From: an uncultured Acidimicrobiaceae bacterium
GTDB taxonomy: Bacteria; Actinomycetota; Acidimicrobiia; Spongiisociales; SHLN01
Assembly: GCA_947259275.1 (NCBI GenBank)
Contig: CAMYMH010000001.1
Location: 108,287-172,286 of the forward strand
Direction: 5' to 3'
DNA: 64,000 nt
Below are positions 9,593-19,464 of the stretch, piece by piece. Both the position numbers and the translations under genes were made by a program. The notes under the pieces were generated by a model. It saw only the letters and a list, made by a program, of their open reading frames with translations. It was not told where the DNA came from and did no database searches. How positions within the stretch are numbered: position 1 is the first letter of the stretch; each line of letters begins with the position of its first letter.

Positions 9593-10615
9593 CTAGCTCG
9601 AGGCCACCCCCGCCGCAGCCGCCACGATCCGCTCGGTGGAAGGGAGGGTCCATTCCTCGAGCCCGTGGCTGTACGGGATGGGAACATCAGGCGTCGCCAC
9701 CCGCACCGGTGGGGCATCGAGATACTCGAACGCTCCCTCCACCGCGGTGGTGATGATTTCGCCGGTCATGCCGAAGCTCTGGTAATCCTCGTCGACCACA
9801 ACCAGTCGCTGCGTCTTCTTCACGCTATTGATGACTGCTTGGCGGTCGAGTGGCACCAGCGATCGGAGATCGAGCACCTCGGCGGAAACACCCTGGCTTT
9901 CCAAGGTTTCGGCCGCATCGAGCGCTTTGTGGACCGAGAGCCCAATCGTGACCACCGTCACATCGGTGCCCTCACGAGCAATTCGCGCTTCGCCGATGGG
10001 AACCTCGTACGGCTCTTCAGGAACCGGTTCGGTGGCGCGGGGGTTGTTGACCATCCATCCGAGGCCCAAGGCTCCCTTGTGGAACATGTACACGACCGGG
10101 TTGTCATCTCGAATGGCCGAGATCATCAATCCCTTGGCGTCATACGCACTCGACGGCACCACCACTTTCATTCCCGGCAGGTGGGCAAACATCCCCCACA
10201 GCGTTTGGGAGTGCTGTCCGGCGTCTGAGTAGCCGCCTCCGACTGCAGTGGTCAAGACGACCGGCACCTTGATGTTGCCCCCGCTGAAGTAATGGATCTT
10301 GGCCATGTTGTTGTAGATCTGGTCCATACATACGCCGAAGAAATCCACAAACATCAATTCCACGATCGGCCGCATGCCGTTGATGGCAGCTCCCACCGCC
10401 GCGCCGATGAAGCCGGTCTCTGAGATCGGCGTGTCAATGATGCGATCCGGGCCGAACTTGGCCAGCAGGCCTTCGGTCGATCCGAAGATGCCGCCGTACA
10501 CGCCGACGTCTTCGCCCATGACGAAGACCGAGGGGTCGACGTCCATCTCTTGAAAGATCCCCTCCGCGATCGCTTTTTGCATCGTCAGTTTTCGATCAGT
10601 TGCAGCTGTGGTCAT
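9593..10615 (-). CDS. acoB: TPP-dependent dehydrogenase E1 component beta subunit
   Basis: Transketolase-like E1β sequence (…VFVMGEDVGVYGGIFGSTEGL…DTPISETGFIGAAVGAA…). Confidence 0.9.
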   Translation of the reverse strand: MTTAATDRKLTMQKAIAEGIFQEMDVDPSVFVMGEDVGVYGGIFGSTEGLLAKFGPDRIIDTPISETGFIGAAVGAAINGMRPIVELMFVDFFGVCMDQIYNNMAKIHYFSGGNIKVPVVLTTAVGGGYSDAGQHSQTLWGMFAHLPGMKVVVPSSAYDAKGLMISAIRDDNPVVYMFHKGALGLGWMVNNPRATEPVPEEPYEVPIGEARIAREGTDVTVVTIGLSVHKALDAAETLESQGVSAEVLDLRSLVPLDRQAVINSVKKTQRLVVVDEDYQSFGMTGEIITTAVEGAFEYLDAPPVRVATPDVPIPYSHGLEEWTLPSTERIVAAAAGVASS

Positions 10616-10636
10616 AGCGTCGAGCCCTTTCTGTGC

Positions 10637-11623
10637 TTATGCGAAGACATGGTCGAGTGCCGCTTCAGGCTTGGGATAGGGACTCGCCAGCGCGAACTCC
10701 AGGGCCTCTTCCACGATGGCGTGCTGGGCCTCCTGGATCGCGGTTTGCTCGTCGGCGGACAATATGCCCTCGTCGGCGAGGCGTTGCCCGAACACCACCA
10801 GGGGATCACGCTGGTTCATCTCTTCCTTGAACTCGTCATCCCGGTAGGCGTCGGCGTCACCCTCGAAGTGTCCCCACAGTCGATCGGTCTTGATTTCGAT
10901 CAGGCTGGGACCATCGCCGCGGCGGGCCCGGTCCATGGCTGCCCCCATCACCTCGTACACGGCCACCGGATCATTCTCCGACACCAACACTCCGGGAATC
11001 CCGTAGGCCGAGGCCCGATCGCTGTTGTCGGGAATCGCCGTCGAGGCGGCCTTGGGAACGGAGATGGCGTAGGCGTTGTCCTCACAGACGAAGACCACCG
11101 GCAGCTTCCACAGCGCGGCCAAATTGATGGACTCGTGGAAAGCTCCCTGGTTGGCGGCCCCTTCACCGAAGTACGAGAGGGCGATGTTGTCGGTGCCCTT
11201 GAACCGGAAAGCCAAGGCCGCGCCCACTGCAACCGGCATGCCTTCGCCGATAATGCCCGAGCAGCCAAAGTTCGGTTCAACTGAGAACAGGTGCATGTGG
11301 CCGCCTTTGCCGCGACCCAGGCCGGTCTCGCGTCCGAAGATCTCGGCGGCCATCTTGTTGAGATCCACCCCTTGGGCAATGGCTACATGGTGGGGGCGGT
11401 GGGTGGCAGTGATGGCGTCGCCGGGCTGCAGGTGAGGACGCATCCCGACCGCCACCGGCTCTTGCCCGGCAGCCAGATGCATCTCACCGGGAATCAGCCC
11501 CGCCGCGATATCAAATGCCGGCAGTTTGTCGGCGAAATACATTTCTCGGATGCGCTCCTCGAAACGCCTGATCTTGACCATCGTCTCGTACATGTCGACC
11601 AGATGCTCCTTCGGAATCTCCAT
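10637..11623 (-). CDS. acoA: TPP-dependent dehydrogenase E1 component alpha subunit
   Basis: E1α TPP-binding motifs (…[36 protein letters not shown]…). Confidence 0.9.
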   Translation of the reverse strand: [328 protein letters not shown]

Positions 11624-11694
11624 GCCGACCTCCTTTCTCCGGATTGACCGGAACGCTCGCGGTGGCCTCAGCGATACAGATATCGCGATTTTAC

Positions 11695-12753
11695 TCAGGG
11701 CGATAGGGCCGAAAGTGGGTCGCGAAATGCGGCTGCGAGATCGAGAACCGACGGTCCCGGGACCGGGCGCACAACTCCATCCACCGCCGGGAGACGGCGT
11801 TCACCGTCGAGGGCAATGAGACCGGCCGTCTCGGCCAGGTGTACTTCTGCTCCCTGTGGCAGGTCTTGGTGGTCTGCCACCGGAATATCGAGGACGACGC
11901 CGGGCCCGAACACCGCCCGAACCGTGGTACTCCCACCAAACGTGATGCGGCGAGCGTGCCCGGACCGAAGCGGACCCAGGGCGGCGCTGATCGACGCCAC
12001 CCCCACGGCGGTACGGCGCGACGAACTGACAAATGCCTCGACTAGTTGATGGGGATCCCATATGGCGCCGGCTCCCACCCACCGGTCGCGGACGACGACC
12101 GCGTCGATGACGGCGAGAGCCTCGCCCTCGGTAGTTTGGACGGCGATGGCGGTGGTGGGGGAGAAGGCGCCGCTCGGCCCCGTAACCGCCAGCCCGGCGG
12201 CCAAGCCGGTGACGGTGGGTTCGTCGTTGAGAGCGAAAGCATTGTTGGTCCCGGCTGCCACCGGAATGAGTGGTGCCTCGGGCCAGCCTTCGGCGGCTGC
12301 CCGCACGGTTCCGTCGCCGCCGACCGTGACCAGCGCGCGGGCGTCATGGCCGGCCAAATAGGCCGCACCGGCTCTGGTGTCGGCCTCAGTACCTATTACC
12401 TCAATCGGGATATAACCAACCTCGGGCCCGTGCTCGCCGGCCAGGCGGGTGGCCCGGCGGACCAGACCCGCTTGATCATCGAGGGCCAGGATGCTGACCC
12501 CGGGGACCGATCCAATCCCAACCAGAAGCCGAGCCACCAGGTTGGCCTTCTCCTCGACGTCGACAACTCGGGCCAGGCCCGTGAGTCTGCGGATGTCTTT
12601 CGAGGAGACCGGATTGGCGATGAGTCCGACGATCATGGCCGCCCAGCGTAGAGGGACGGCCCGGTCCAGGAAGGTCGGCCACGAATCACAACGGCCGGGA
12701 CCTGACAGGGTCACTTGATAACGAATGCCCCGGTCGGGGGCGACCGCCGTCAT
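11695..12753 (-). CDS. acoX: NAD kinase-family protein (AcoX-like) heading the aco-type operon
   Basis: GGDGT motif (…ALVTVGGDGTVRAAAEG…) and an NAD-kinase-like N-terminus (MIVGLIANP…). Start uncertain: alternative ATGs at 12864, 12753 and 12636. I chose 12753 because it lies downstream of a putative σ54 promoter. Confidence 0.55.
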   Translation of the reverse strand: MTAVAPDRGIRYQVTLSGPGRCDSWPTFLDRAVPLRWAAMIVGLIANPVSSKDIRRLTGLARVVDVEEKANLVARLLVGIGSVPGVSILALDDQAGLVRRATRLAGEHGPEVGYIPIEVIGTEADTRAGAAYLAGHDARALVTVGGDGTVRAAAEGWPEAPLIPVAAGTNNAFALNDEPTVTGLAAGLAVTGPSGAFSPTTAIAVQTTEGEALAVIDAVVVRDRWVGAGAIWDPHQLVEAFVSSSRRTAVGVASISAALGPLRSGHARRITFGGSTTVRAVFGPGVVLDIPVADHQDLPQGAEVHLAETAGLIALDGERRLPAVDGVVRPVPGPSVLDLAAAFRDPLSALSP

Positions 12754-12785
12754 AGCGACGTCGAGTAGGAACCGTTCCCAGGACA

Positions 12786-12803
12786 AGCAAACTTCTGCCC
12801 ACG
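12786..12803 (-). promoter_or_regulatory. Candidate σ54 (-24/-12) promoter upstream of acoX
   Basis: Minus-strand sequence TGGGCAGAAGTTTGCT versus consensus TGGCACG-N4-TTGCW. The GG and GC are correctly spaced. Acetoin operons are classically σ54/AcoR-dependent (established knowledge). Confidence 0.3.
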
Positions 12804-12912
12804 TGGCGGCGAAGGCCCCAACCTGAGCAACCGAGACACCACCGGCTAGGCCCGACGTCGCCACAAATCAACACCCGGTCGATTCGGCTATCGGATACCG
12901 GCCCCAGAACCG

Positions 12913-13704
12913 CTAGCCGAACCCAAGTGAGATCACTCCCTTGTCGATGAGGCCCTGGGTGAAAGGACGCGAAGTCGCCAGCTTCACGCCGTAGGTGTCA
13001 CGGAGGAACCACTCCAGGTGGACGAGAGCGGTGGAGCGGACTGCACTGACCTTCTGCTGGTGGACGAGATCGTAGATCGCCACCGCCGCGCGGATCTTTG
13101 GATTCCCGGCGATTGAATAGAGAAAGTCGTAGGGGAGAGCGGCGACGTCACCGATCAGGAGGGTGGGAGTACCGACGAGGCGCTCCAACCCGAAGAAACT
13201 GTGCCGTAGCTCTATCCGGGTTTCGGCCCCGGCGTCGTTGATCACCAACCGAGCCGCCCCGGCGTCGCCCTCTTCTGCTACAGCTACTTCAACACCGTCT
13301 AGCTCGTCCCGGCAGTGAAGGGCGAACTGGGCGAGGATCATCCCATGCCTTGGCGCGCCCTCGCCCCACCCTACCGGCCGGCCCATCGCGGAAGCGTCGA
13401 GCATGCCGCGTACCGCCTCGCCGGCCTCTTTGCCGAGCCGCAGCAAGTCGCCGGCGGCCTCGACGAGGTCCGATTCGCTCAGTACCTGCACAATTTCATC
13501 CGGATCGGTGTCGGGAAGGAGCCTTCCAAGTTCGGATCGCGCGGTGTCGAGCGCAATGCCTCCCTCCTGGCAGATTCGCTCGTCTGCCAGAGCCTCGAGC
13601 ATCGTCAATATCCCTATTCGCTCCTCGGCGATCCAGCGATGAATGAGAGCAGCAATGTCCACGAGCCATCGAGCATACCTCCGACCGGCCTGGGGCGCGA
13701 CCAT
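12913..13704 (-). CDS. Hypothetical protein
   Basis: 263-aa ORF with no recognisable motif. Co-directional with the aco operon, 48-160 nt upstream of acoX. Confidence 0.35.
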   Translation of the reverse strand: MVAPQAGRRYARWLVDIAALIHRWIAEERIGILTMLEALADERICQEGGIALDTARSELGRLLPDTDPDEIVQVLSESDLVEAAGDLLRLGKEAGEAVRGMLDASAMGRPVGWGEGAPRHGMILAQFALHCRDELDGVEVAVAEEGDAGAARLVINDAGAETRIELRHSFFGLERLVGTPTLLIGDVAALPYDFLYSIAGNPKIRAAVAIYDLVHQQKVSAVRSTALVHLEWFLRDTYGVKLATSRPFTQGLIDKGVISLGFG

Positions 13705-13783
13705 GACGAAGCTGCGAAAGCCTCGATTCGTAGGCGTCCATTCCCCCCGATACGCTTAGCTATCCGCCGTTGAGAGGGATCCG

Positions 13784-14980
13784 ATGGGAAGGGTTTACGT
13801 TGTCGGAACGCTTGACACCAAGGGTGACGAGCATCGCTATGTTCGTGATTTGATCAATGCCGCCGGGCCCCGGACCGTCCTCGTTGATGTCGGCACTACG
13901 GGCACAGGAACAGGCGCCGATGTGAACGCCGCCGAGGTGGCCGCCTTCTTCCCCGGCGGGCCAGATGCCGTCTTCGTTGATGATCGGGGAGCGGCCGTTA
14001 CAGCCATGTCGGACGCGCTGGTTCTTTTCATCGAGAGCCGTGACGACGTCGACGGAATCATCGCCCTCGGCGGCTCGGGCGGCACCGCCATCGTGACCCC
14101 GGCGATGCAGGCTCTGCCTGTCGGGACCCCCAAACTGATGGTGTCGACGATGGCCTCCGGTGACGTACGCGTCTATGTCGGGCCTTCCGACATCGCGATG
14201 ATGTACTCCGTCACCGATGTCGCCGGCATCAACCGAATCTCATCCCGCGTGCTGGCCAACGCGGCGCACGCCGTCGCCGGTATGGCGGCCGGGCCGGCGC
14301 CGCAGCCGGCGGATCGTCCGGCCATCGGCCTGACGATGTTCGGCGTCACCACACCGTGCGTGACGATGGTCGCCGAGGCCCTGGAGGACGATTTCGACTG
14401 TCTGGTGTTCCATGCGACGGGAACCGGGGGTCAGGCCATGGAGAAGCTGGTCGGCTCCGGATTGGTCGCCGGAGTGATCGACAGCACCACCACCGAAGTA
14501 TGCGATCACCTCGTGGGAGGCGTCCTCTCCGCCGGTCCCGGCCGCCTGGATGCCATCGCCCAAACCTCGATCCCCTATGTCGGCAGCTGCGGCGCGCTCG
14601 ACATGGTCAATTTCGGAGGGCTCGACACCGTTCCAGAACAGTTCAAGGACCGCAACCTCTACGTGCACAACGCCCAGGTGACCCTGATGCGAACAACCCC
14701 AGATGAATGCGCCGAGATCGGTGCGTGGATTGCGAACAAGCTGAACCGGTCCGATGGGCCCGTTCGCTTCTTCCTTCCAATGGGTGGGGTCTCCATGATC
14801 GACGCCCCCGACATGCCTTTCCACGATCCGGAGGCAGACGCCGCCCTGTTCGGCGCCATCGAAGAGACCTTCCAGGAGACCGACCAGCGAAAGCTCATCA
14901 AGTCGAAACAACACCTCAACGATCCCGAGTTCGCCGCCCAGCTCGTGGAGGCGTTTCGAGAGATCGTCCAGAAGGGATGA
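13784..14980 (+). CDS. Tm-1-like ATP-binding protein (UPF0261 family)
   Basis: Characteristic N-terminus [16 protein letters not shown]… and a Gly-rich nucleotide-binding region. Confidence 0.7.
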   Translation: MGRVYVVGTLDTKGDEHRYVRDLINAAGPRTVLVDVGTTGTGTGADVNAAEVAAFFPGGPDAVFVDDRGAAVTAMSDALVLFIESRDDVDGIIALGGSGGTAIVTPAMQALPVGTPKLMVSTMASGDVRVYVGPSDIAMMYSVTDVAGINRISSRVLANAAHAVAGMAAGPAPQPADRPAIGLTMFGVTTPCVTMVAEALEDDFDCLVFHATGTGGQAMEKLVGSGLVAGVIDSTTTEVCDHLVGGVLSAGPGRLDAIAQTSIPYVGSCGALDMVNFGGLDTVPEQFKDRNLYVHNAQVTLMRTTPDECAEIGAWIANKLNRSDGPVRFFLPMGGVSMIDAPDMPFHDPEADAALFGAIEETFQETDQRKLIKSKQHLNDPEFAAQLVEAFREIVQKG

Positions 14981-15813
14981 CCATGGCTGCAATCGACCGA
15001 ACCACCACCCTCACCAACCTGCGTCGCAAGATCGAAGCAGGCGAACCCATCATCGGCGGCGGAGCCGGCACCGGGCTTTCGGCCAAGTGGGAAGAGCGAG
15101 GCGGAATCGACCTGATCATCATCTACAACAGCGGCCGCTACCGCATGGCCGGACGCGGGTCCCTGGCTGGGCTGATGCCATACGGCAACGCCAACGACAT
15201 CGTTGTCGAGATGGCCGCCGAGGTGTTGCCCGTCGTGGAGAACACGCCGGTGCTGGCCGGCGTTTGTGGGACCGATCCCTTTTATGACCCGGATGTGTTC
15301 CTCCCCGAGCTGACCAGGCTCGGGTTCTCGGGGGTGCAGAACTTTCCGACCGTCGGCCTCATCGATGGCAGCTTCCGGGCGAACCTCGAGGAAACCGGCA
15401 TGGGCTACGGCCTGGAGGTCGACATGATCCGAAAGGCGTCCGAGCTCGACATGCTCACGACGCCCTACGTCTTTTCCGAAGAAGATGCGGTCGCCATGAC
15501 CGAAGCCGGAGCAGACATCGTGGTGGCCCACATGGGCCTGACCACCGGAGGCTCGATCGGTGCCGAGACGGCCCGCACGCTGGAAGATTGCGTCCCGGTG
15601 ATCAATGCCTGGGCGGCGGCGGCCAGGTCGGTCCGAGACGACGTCATAGTTCTTGCCCACGGCGGTCCGGTCGGGATGCCGGCGGATGCCGAATACGTGC
15701 TGCAGAACTGTGAGGGTGTGCATGGCTTCTACGGGGCATCGAGCATGGAACGCCTCCCCGTCGAACAGGCATTGCAGAGGCAGACGGAAGCCTTTACCCA
15801 GGTCCGGTTCTGA
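14977..15813 (+). CDS. Phosphoenolpyruvate-hydrolase-like TIM-barrel protein (partner of UPF0261; together equivalent to plant Tm-1)
   Basis: Start ATG overlaps the upstream stop (ATGA). Sequence …[41 protein letters not shown]…. Confidence 0.65.
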   Translation: MTMAAIDRTTTLTNLRRKIEAGEPIIGGGAGTGLSAKWEERGGIDLIIIYNSGRYRMAGRGSLAGLMPYGNANDIVVEMAAEVLPVVENTPVLAGVCGTDPFYDPDVFLPELTRLGFSGVQNFPTVGLIDGSFRANLEETGMGYGLEVDMIRKASELDMLTTPYVFSEEDAVAMTEAGADIVVAHMGLTTGGSIGAETARTLEDCVPVINAWAAAARSVRDDVIVLAHGGPVGMPADAEYVLQNCEGVHGFYGASSMERLPVEQALQRQTEAFTQVRF

Positions 15814-15919
15814 TCTTCAACCGCGTCCCGGAGGCTTGGGGAGATTCCCATACTCCGGCGGCGGCTCGGGACCGGGCGGGCGACGTAGAATCCGTGCTCC
15901 GCGCCGACCGAGGAGCATC

Positions 15920-16357
15920 ATGGCAAGGGCATACACGAGCACGATCGTCAACGCACCGGCACACGAGGTATGGGCCTACCTGCGCGACTTCAACCATCTC
16001 CCGGTGTGGACCGGAGGGATCGTTGTGTCCAGCGAAATCGAAGACGGACTCGCCGGCGATCAGGTCGGGTCAGTTCGCAGCTTCAAACTAGGTGACGGCG
16101 AGCATCTTCGTGAGCGGCTGCTGAGCCACTCAGACGTCCAACGGGCCTACTCGTACAACTTCGAGAAGACTCCATTCGACGTCGACAACTACCACGCCAC
16201 GCTCAAGGTGACTCCGGTCACCGACGGGGACTTGTCGTTCGTAGAGTGGTCGACGACGTTCGACTGCGACCGGGACCAGATCGACCACTACGTGGACCTG
16301 TTTTCCAACGAGGTATTCCAGGGCGCGCTCAACGCAGTGAAGGATCACTTCTCCTGA
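15920..16357 (+). CDS. SRPBCC (polyketide cyclase/dehydrase, Bet v1-like) family protein
   Basis: 145-aa protein with MARAYTSTIVNAPAHEVWAYLRDFNHLPVW…, typical of SRPBCC. Confidence 0.65.
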   Translation: MARAYTSTIVNAPAHEVWAYLRDFNHLPVWTGGIVVSSEIEDGLAGDQVGSVRSFKLGDGEHLRERLLSHSDVQRAYSYNFEKTPFDVDNYHATLKVTPVTDGDLSFVEWSTTFDCDRDQIDHYVDLFSNEVFQGALNAVKDHFS

Positions 16358-16405
16358 ACCCCGGTCCTCCAGGACGCGATGGTGGTTTCGCCGGTCGGCC
16401 TTGAG

Positions 16406-17257
16406 TTACCGGACGATCGCTTCCTGGCAGACCTGGCGTTGGGTACCGAGGCCCTCGATCGAGATCTCGACGACGTCGCCTGCCCTGAGAAACTGCGGCG
16501 GGTCCATCCCCAAACCTACCCCCGGTGGGGTTCCGGTGTTGATGAGATCACCGGGCTCCAACACCATGTACTGGCTGACGTACCACACCACGTAGCCAGG
16601 GTTGAAGATCATGGTCTTGGTGTTCCCGTCCTGCATGACCTGTTCGTTCACCGTGGTGCGCATCCACAGGTTCATTGGATCGGCTACCTCGTCTGCGCTC
16701 ACCAACCACGGGCCCAGTGGGTTGAAGCTCTCGCACGACTTGCCCTTGGTCGCCTCGCCGCCGCGCTCCAACTGGAACTCCCGTTCGGAGACATCGTTCG
16801 AGAGCGCAAAGCCGGCGATGGCGTTCCAACCCGCATCCTCGTCTTTCAGGTAGCGCGCGGTTGAACCAACGACAACGCCGAGCTCGACCTCCCAGTCGGT
16901 CTTGGCCGAATCCTTGGGGATGATGATCGGGTCGTTTGGCCCGACGACTGTGTTGGTTGCTTTTTGGAAGAGAACGGGCTCGGTCGGGATCTCGTCACCA
17001 GTCTCCCTGGCATGGTCGGCGTAATTCCGCCCGACGCACAGCACCAGCCCCGGCCGGGAAATGCACGACGAGAAGTTCTCGGACTCGACTGTCGGCAATG
17101 CCTCGGTGTCCAACGCTCGGATCCGGTCGAGCCCTCCGGAGGCAAAGAAGGCACCATCGATGTCACCGGCGTGCTCCGACAGGTCGCGCAGCGCTCCGTC
17201 GTCGCCGGCGAGGACTGGAATTATTAGATCGGCGTCACGAACTCTGGCAAGTCTCAT
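16406..17257 (-). CDS. Fumarylacetoacetate hydrolase (FAH) family hydratase/isomerase
   Basis: MRLARV… start, then …PVLFQKATNTVVGPNDPIIIP…WEVELGVVVG…TGTPPGVG…. Confidence 0.8.
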   Translation of the reverse strand: MRLARVRDADLIIPVLAGDDGALRDLSEHAGDIDGAFFASGGLDRIRALDTEALPTVESENFSSCISRPGLVLCVGRNYADHARETGDEIPTEPVLFQKATNTVVGPNDPIIIPKDSAKTDWEVELGVVVGSTARYLKDEDAGWNAIAGFALSNDVSEREFQLERGGEATKGKSCESFNPLGPWLVSADEVADPMNLWMRTTVNEQVMQDGNTKTMIFNPGYVVWYVSQYMVLEPGDLINTGTPPGVGLGMDPPQFLRAGDVVEISIEGLGTQRQVCQEAIVR

Positions 17258-17279
17258 CAACTTCCTCCAAGCTTGGTGA

Positions 17280-17987
17280 TCAGTAGGTGGCGCGACCCCC
17301 GGAGATGTCATATGTGTGTCCCGTGGAGAAGCTGACCTCATCTGAGGCAAGCCAGGAGACCAGCGCGGCTACCTCCTCTGACTGGCCGAGACGACCCATG
17401 GGGATCTTCGAAACCATGTAGTCGATGGTTGCCTGCCCGACACCCTCGAGGATCGGGGTGGCAATCACGGCCGGGGCGACCGCGTTCACGATCACGCCGT
17501 CGGTGGCAGCCTCCTTACCGACCGACTTGGTGAGACCGATGACACCGGCCTTGCTGGCCGAATAGGCGCCGAGGTTCGGGTTGCCTTCCTTGCCGGCGAT
17601 CGAAGCGATATTGACGATCCGGCCCCACCCTCTCTCGCGCATACCGGGCAGCACGGCCCGCATCGTGTTGAAGGTGCCTGTCAGGTTGACGGCGATCGTC
17701 CGCGCCCATCCCTCATCGTCCATTTCCCACACCGGGACGTTCGGTCCGGTCACCCCGGCACTGTTGACGAGTACGTCGATCGGCTCCAGCTCGGCCACCA
17801 GGCGATTGACCGCGGGACCGTCGACCACGTCCAGCTCGTGAATACTCGTGACGTCGCCGGCGATTCCCGCCAGGTGGTCTGGTCGCAGATCGACGATGGC
17901 CACCTCGAGACCGTCTGCCATCAATCGTCGCGCACAAGCCAGACCGATGCCGCTCGCCCCGCCGGTTACCAGAGCCTTGCGGGGCAT
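17280..17987 (-). CDS. SDR-family NAD(P)-dependent oxidoreductase
   Basis: TGGASGIG Rossmann motif and YSASK catalytic motif. Confidence 0.85.
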   Translation of the reverse strand: MPRKALVTGGASGIGLACARRLMADGLEVAIVDLRPDHLAGIAGDVTSIHELDVVDGPAVNRLVAELEPIDVLVNSAGVTGPNVPVWEMDDEGWARTIAVNLTGTFNTMRAVLPGMRERGWGRIVNIASIAGKEGNPNLGAYSASKAGVIGLTKSVGKEAATDGVIVNAVAPAVIATPILEGVGQATIDYMVSKIPMGRLGQSEEVAALVSWLASDEVSFSTGHTYDISGGRATY

Positions 17988-17989
17988 CG

Positions 17990-18370
17990 TCAGCGCTCCA
18001 CGTGCAAAGAGTCGCCCTGGGCACCAAGCACCATGTCACGCTCGAAATCTGGGATGTGATCCTGCGGCACCGGGGACAGCGCCTCGATGAAAGAGCACCC
18101 CTCCGGCGAGGTCAGTGCATGTGGCACGCCGCGGTTGACAACGGCTACATCTCCGGCGACGAGTGTGCGGGTTCCTTCGCCGATGGTGACCGTCACCTCG
18201 CCGCCTGTGATGTAAATGAGCTGCTCCGCCTCCGGATGGTCGTGCAACGGCACGACCGACCCGGGCGCATAGGTCACCCGGCACATCAGCACCTGCTCGC
18301 CCCCGATGGCGTGGATGGTCACCCCTTCGAACAGCTCGTGAGCTCCGACGCCGTTCCAGGTGCGGAACGG
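17990..18370 (-). CDS. Cupin-domain protein
   Basis: Cupin motifs (…PLHDHPEAEQLIYITGGEV…GDVAVVNRGVPHAL…). Start approximate; the long ORF overlaps the upstream gene. Confidence 0.55.
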   Translation of the reverse strand, partial: PFRTWNGVGAHELFEGVTIHAIGGEQVLMCRVTYAPGSVVPLHDHPEAEQLIYITGGEVTVTIGEGTRTLVAGDVAVVNRGVPHALTSPEGCSFIEALSPVPQDHIPDFERDMVLGAQGDSLHVER

Positions 18371-18375
18371 TGAGC

Positions 18376-19464
18376 TCAAGGCATCCACGAGATGCCGGCG
18401 CCCACGGTGTTCACCGAAATCTCGTCGTCGAATGCAACCAGCTTTCCTTCGCGGCGGGGCTCCGCCTTGGCCTCGAGAGCCTTGAGCACCAGCTCCGGAG
18501 TAATCGGTAGCTCGGTGATCCACACGCCGGCGGCGTCGTGGACCGCAGCGGCGATGGCCGCGGGCTGGGCGTTGTTCGCCATTTCGCCGATGCCCTTGGC
18601 GCCGTAGGGACCATCGGCCGAAGGGTTCTCGATGATGATGGTCTCTAATTCCGGCAGGTCCTCCATGCCGGGCGAGTAGTACGAACCGAACCCATAGCCA
18701 CGGTGTTCGACCGACGGATAGTACGGGTAGGCGTTCTCCAAGACCGCCAGCCCGAGACCCATAATCGCCCCGCCTTGGATTTGGCCTTCGACCAGGGCTG
18801 GGTTGATCGCCTTCCCGACGTCGTAAGCCTGGATCAGCTTGAGCACTCGCACATTCCCGGTCTCGTCGTCGACCTCGACCTCGGCCGCACAGGCCGCATA
18901 CGAAATCGCAGAGTGGGGTGGGCTCGAGACGACCCCCGTCTCGGGGTCGAGAATCTCAGCGTACGGCTTCAGCTGGGCTCCGGTACCGGTGATCAGCTGG
19001 CCGTGACCGTAGGTAGCCGCCCCGGCCACATCCGCCACACTCAACTTCTCGGTCGGTGATCCCTTCACCATCACCTCGCCGTCTACCACCTCGAGGTCGT
19101 CGGCGCTTGCCTCCATTTCCAGCCCGGCAATCTCGAGGAGCTTGTGGCGCACCTCTTCGGCAGCCTTCAGCACCGCCTTGCCGGCCACGAAGGTCGCGCG
19201 TGAGGCAAAAGTCCCGGTGCACACCGGAGACGAGTCGGTGTTCGAGTTGTCGAACGTCACCCAGTCGTACGGCACTCCAATGGTTTCAGCGACGATCTGG
19301 CTCTGGATGGTCTTCGCTCCGTTGCCGATGTCCGCGGTTCCCGAGAACACATCGACCCGTCCGTCCGGCTTGACCTTGATCCAGGCCTGGGACGGATCAC
19401 CGTTCTGGTTCATGCCTGTGGGGTATTCGATTGCCGCGACGCCGCGGCCACGATGTACGGCCAT
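18376..19464 (-). CDS. Xanthine-dehydrogenase-family molybdopterin-binding subunit, C-terminal segment (NdhM-like, ~38 kDa)
   Basis: MoCo domain 2 motifs (…GTADIGNGAKT…GAKGIGEMANN…). The start ATG shares one nt with the upstream stop (TGATG). Confidence 0.75.
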   Translation of the reverse strand: MAVHRGRGVAAIEYPTGMNQNGDPSQAWIKVKPDGRVDVFSGTADIGNGAKTIQSQIVAETIGVPYDWVTFDNSNTDSSPVCTGTFASRATFVAGKAVLKAAEEVRHKLLEIAGLEMEASADDLEVVDGEVMVKGSPTEKLSVADVAGAATYGHGQLITGTGAQLKPYAEILDPETGVVSSPPHSAISYAACAAEVEVDDETGNVRVLKLIQAYDVGKAINPALVEGQIQGGAIMGLGLAVLENAYPYYPSVEHRGYGFGSYYSPGMEDLPELETIIIENPSADGPYGAKGIGEMANNAQPAAIAAAVHDAAGVWITELPITPELVLKALEAKAEPRREGKLVAFDDEISVNTVGAGISWMP

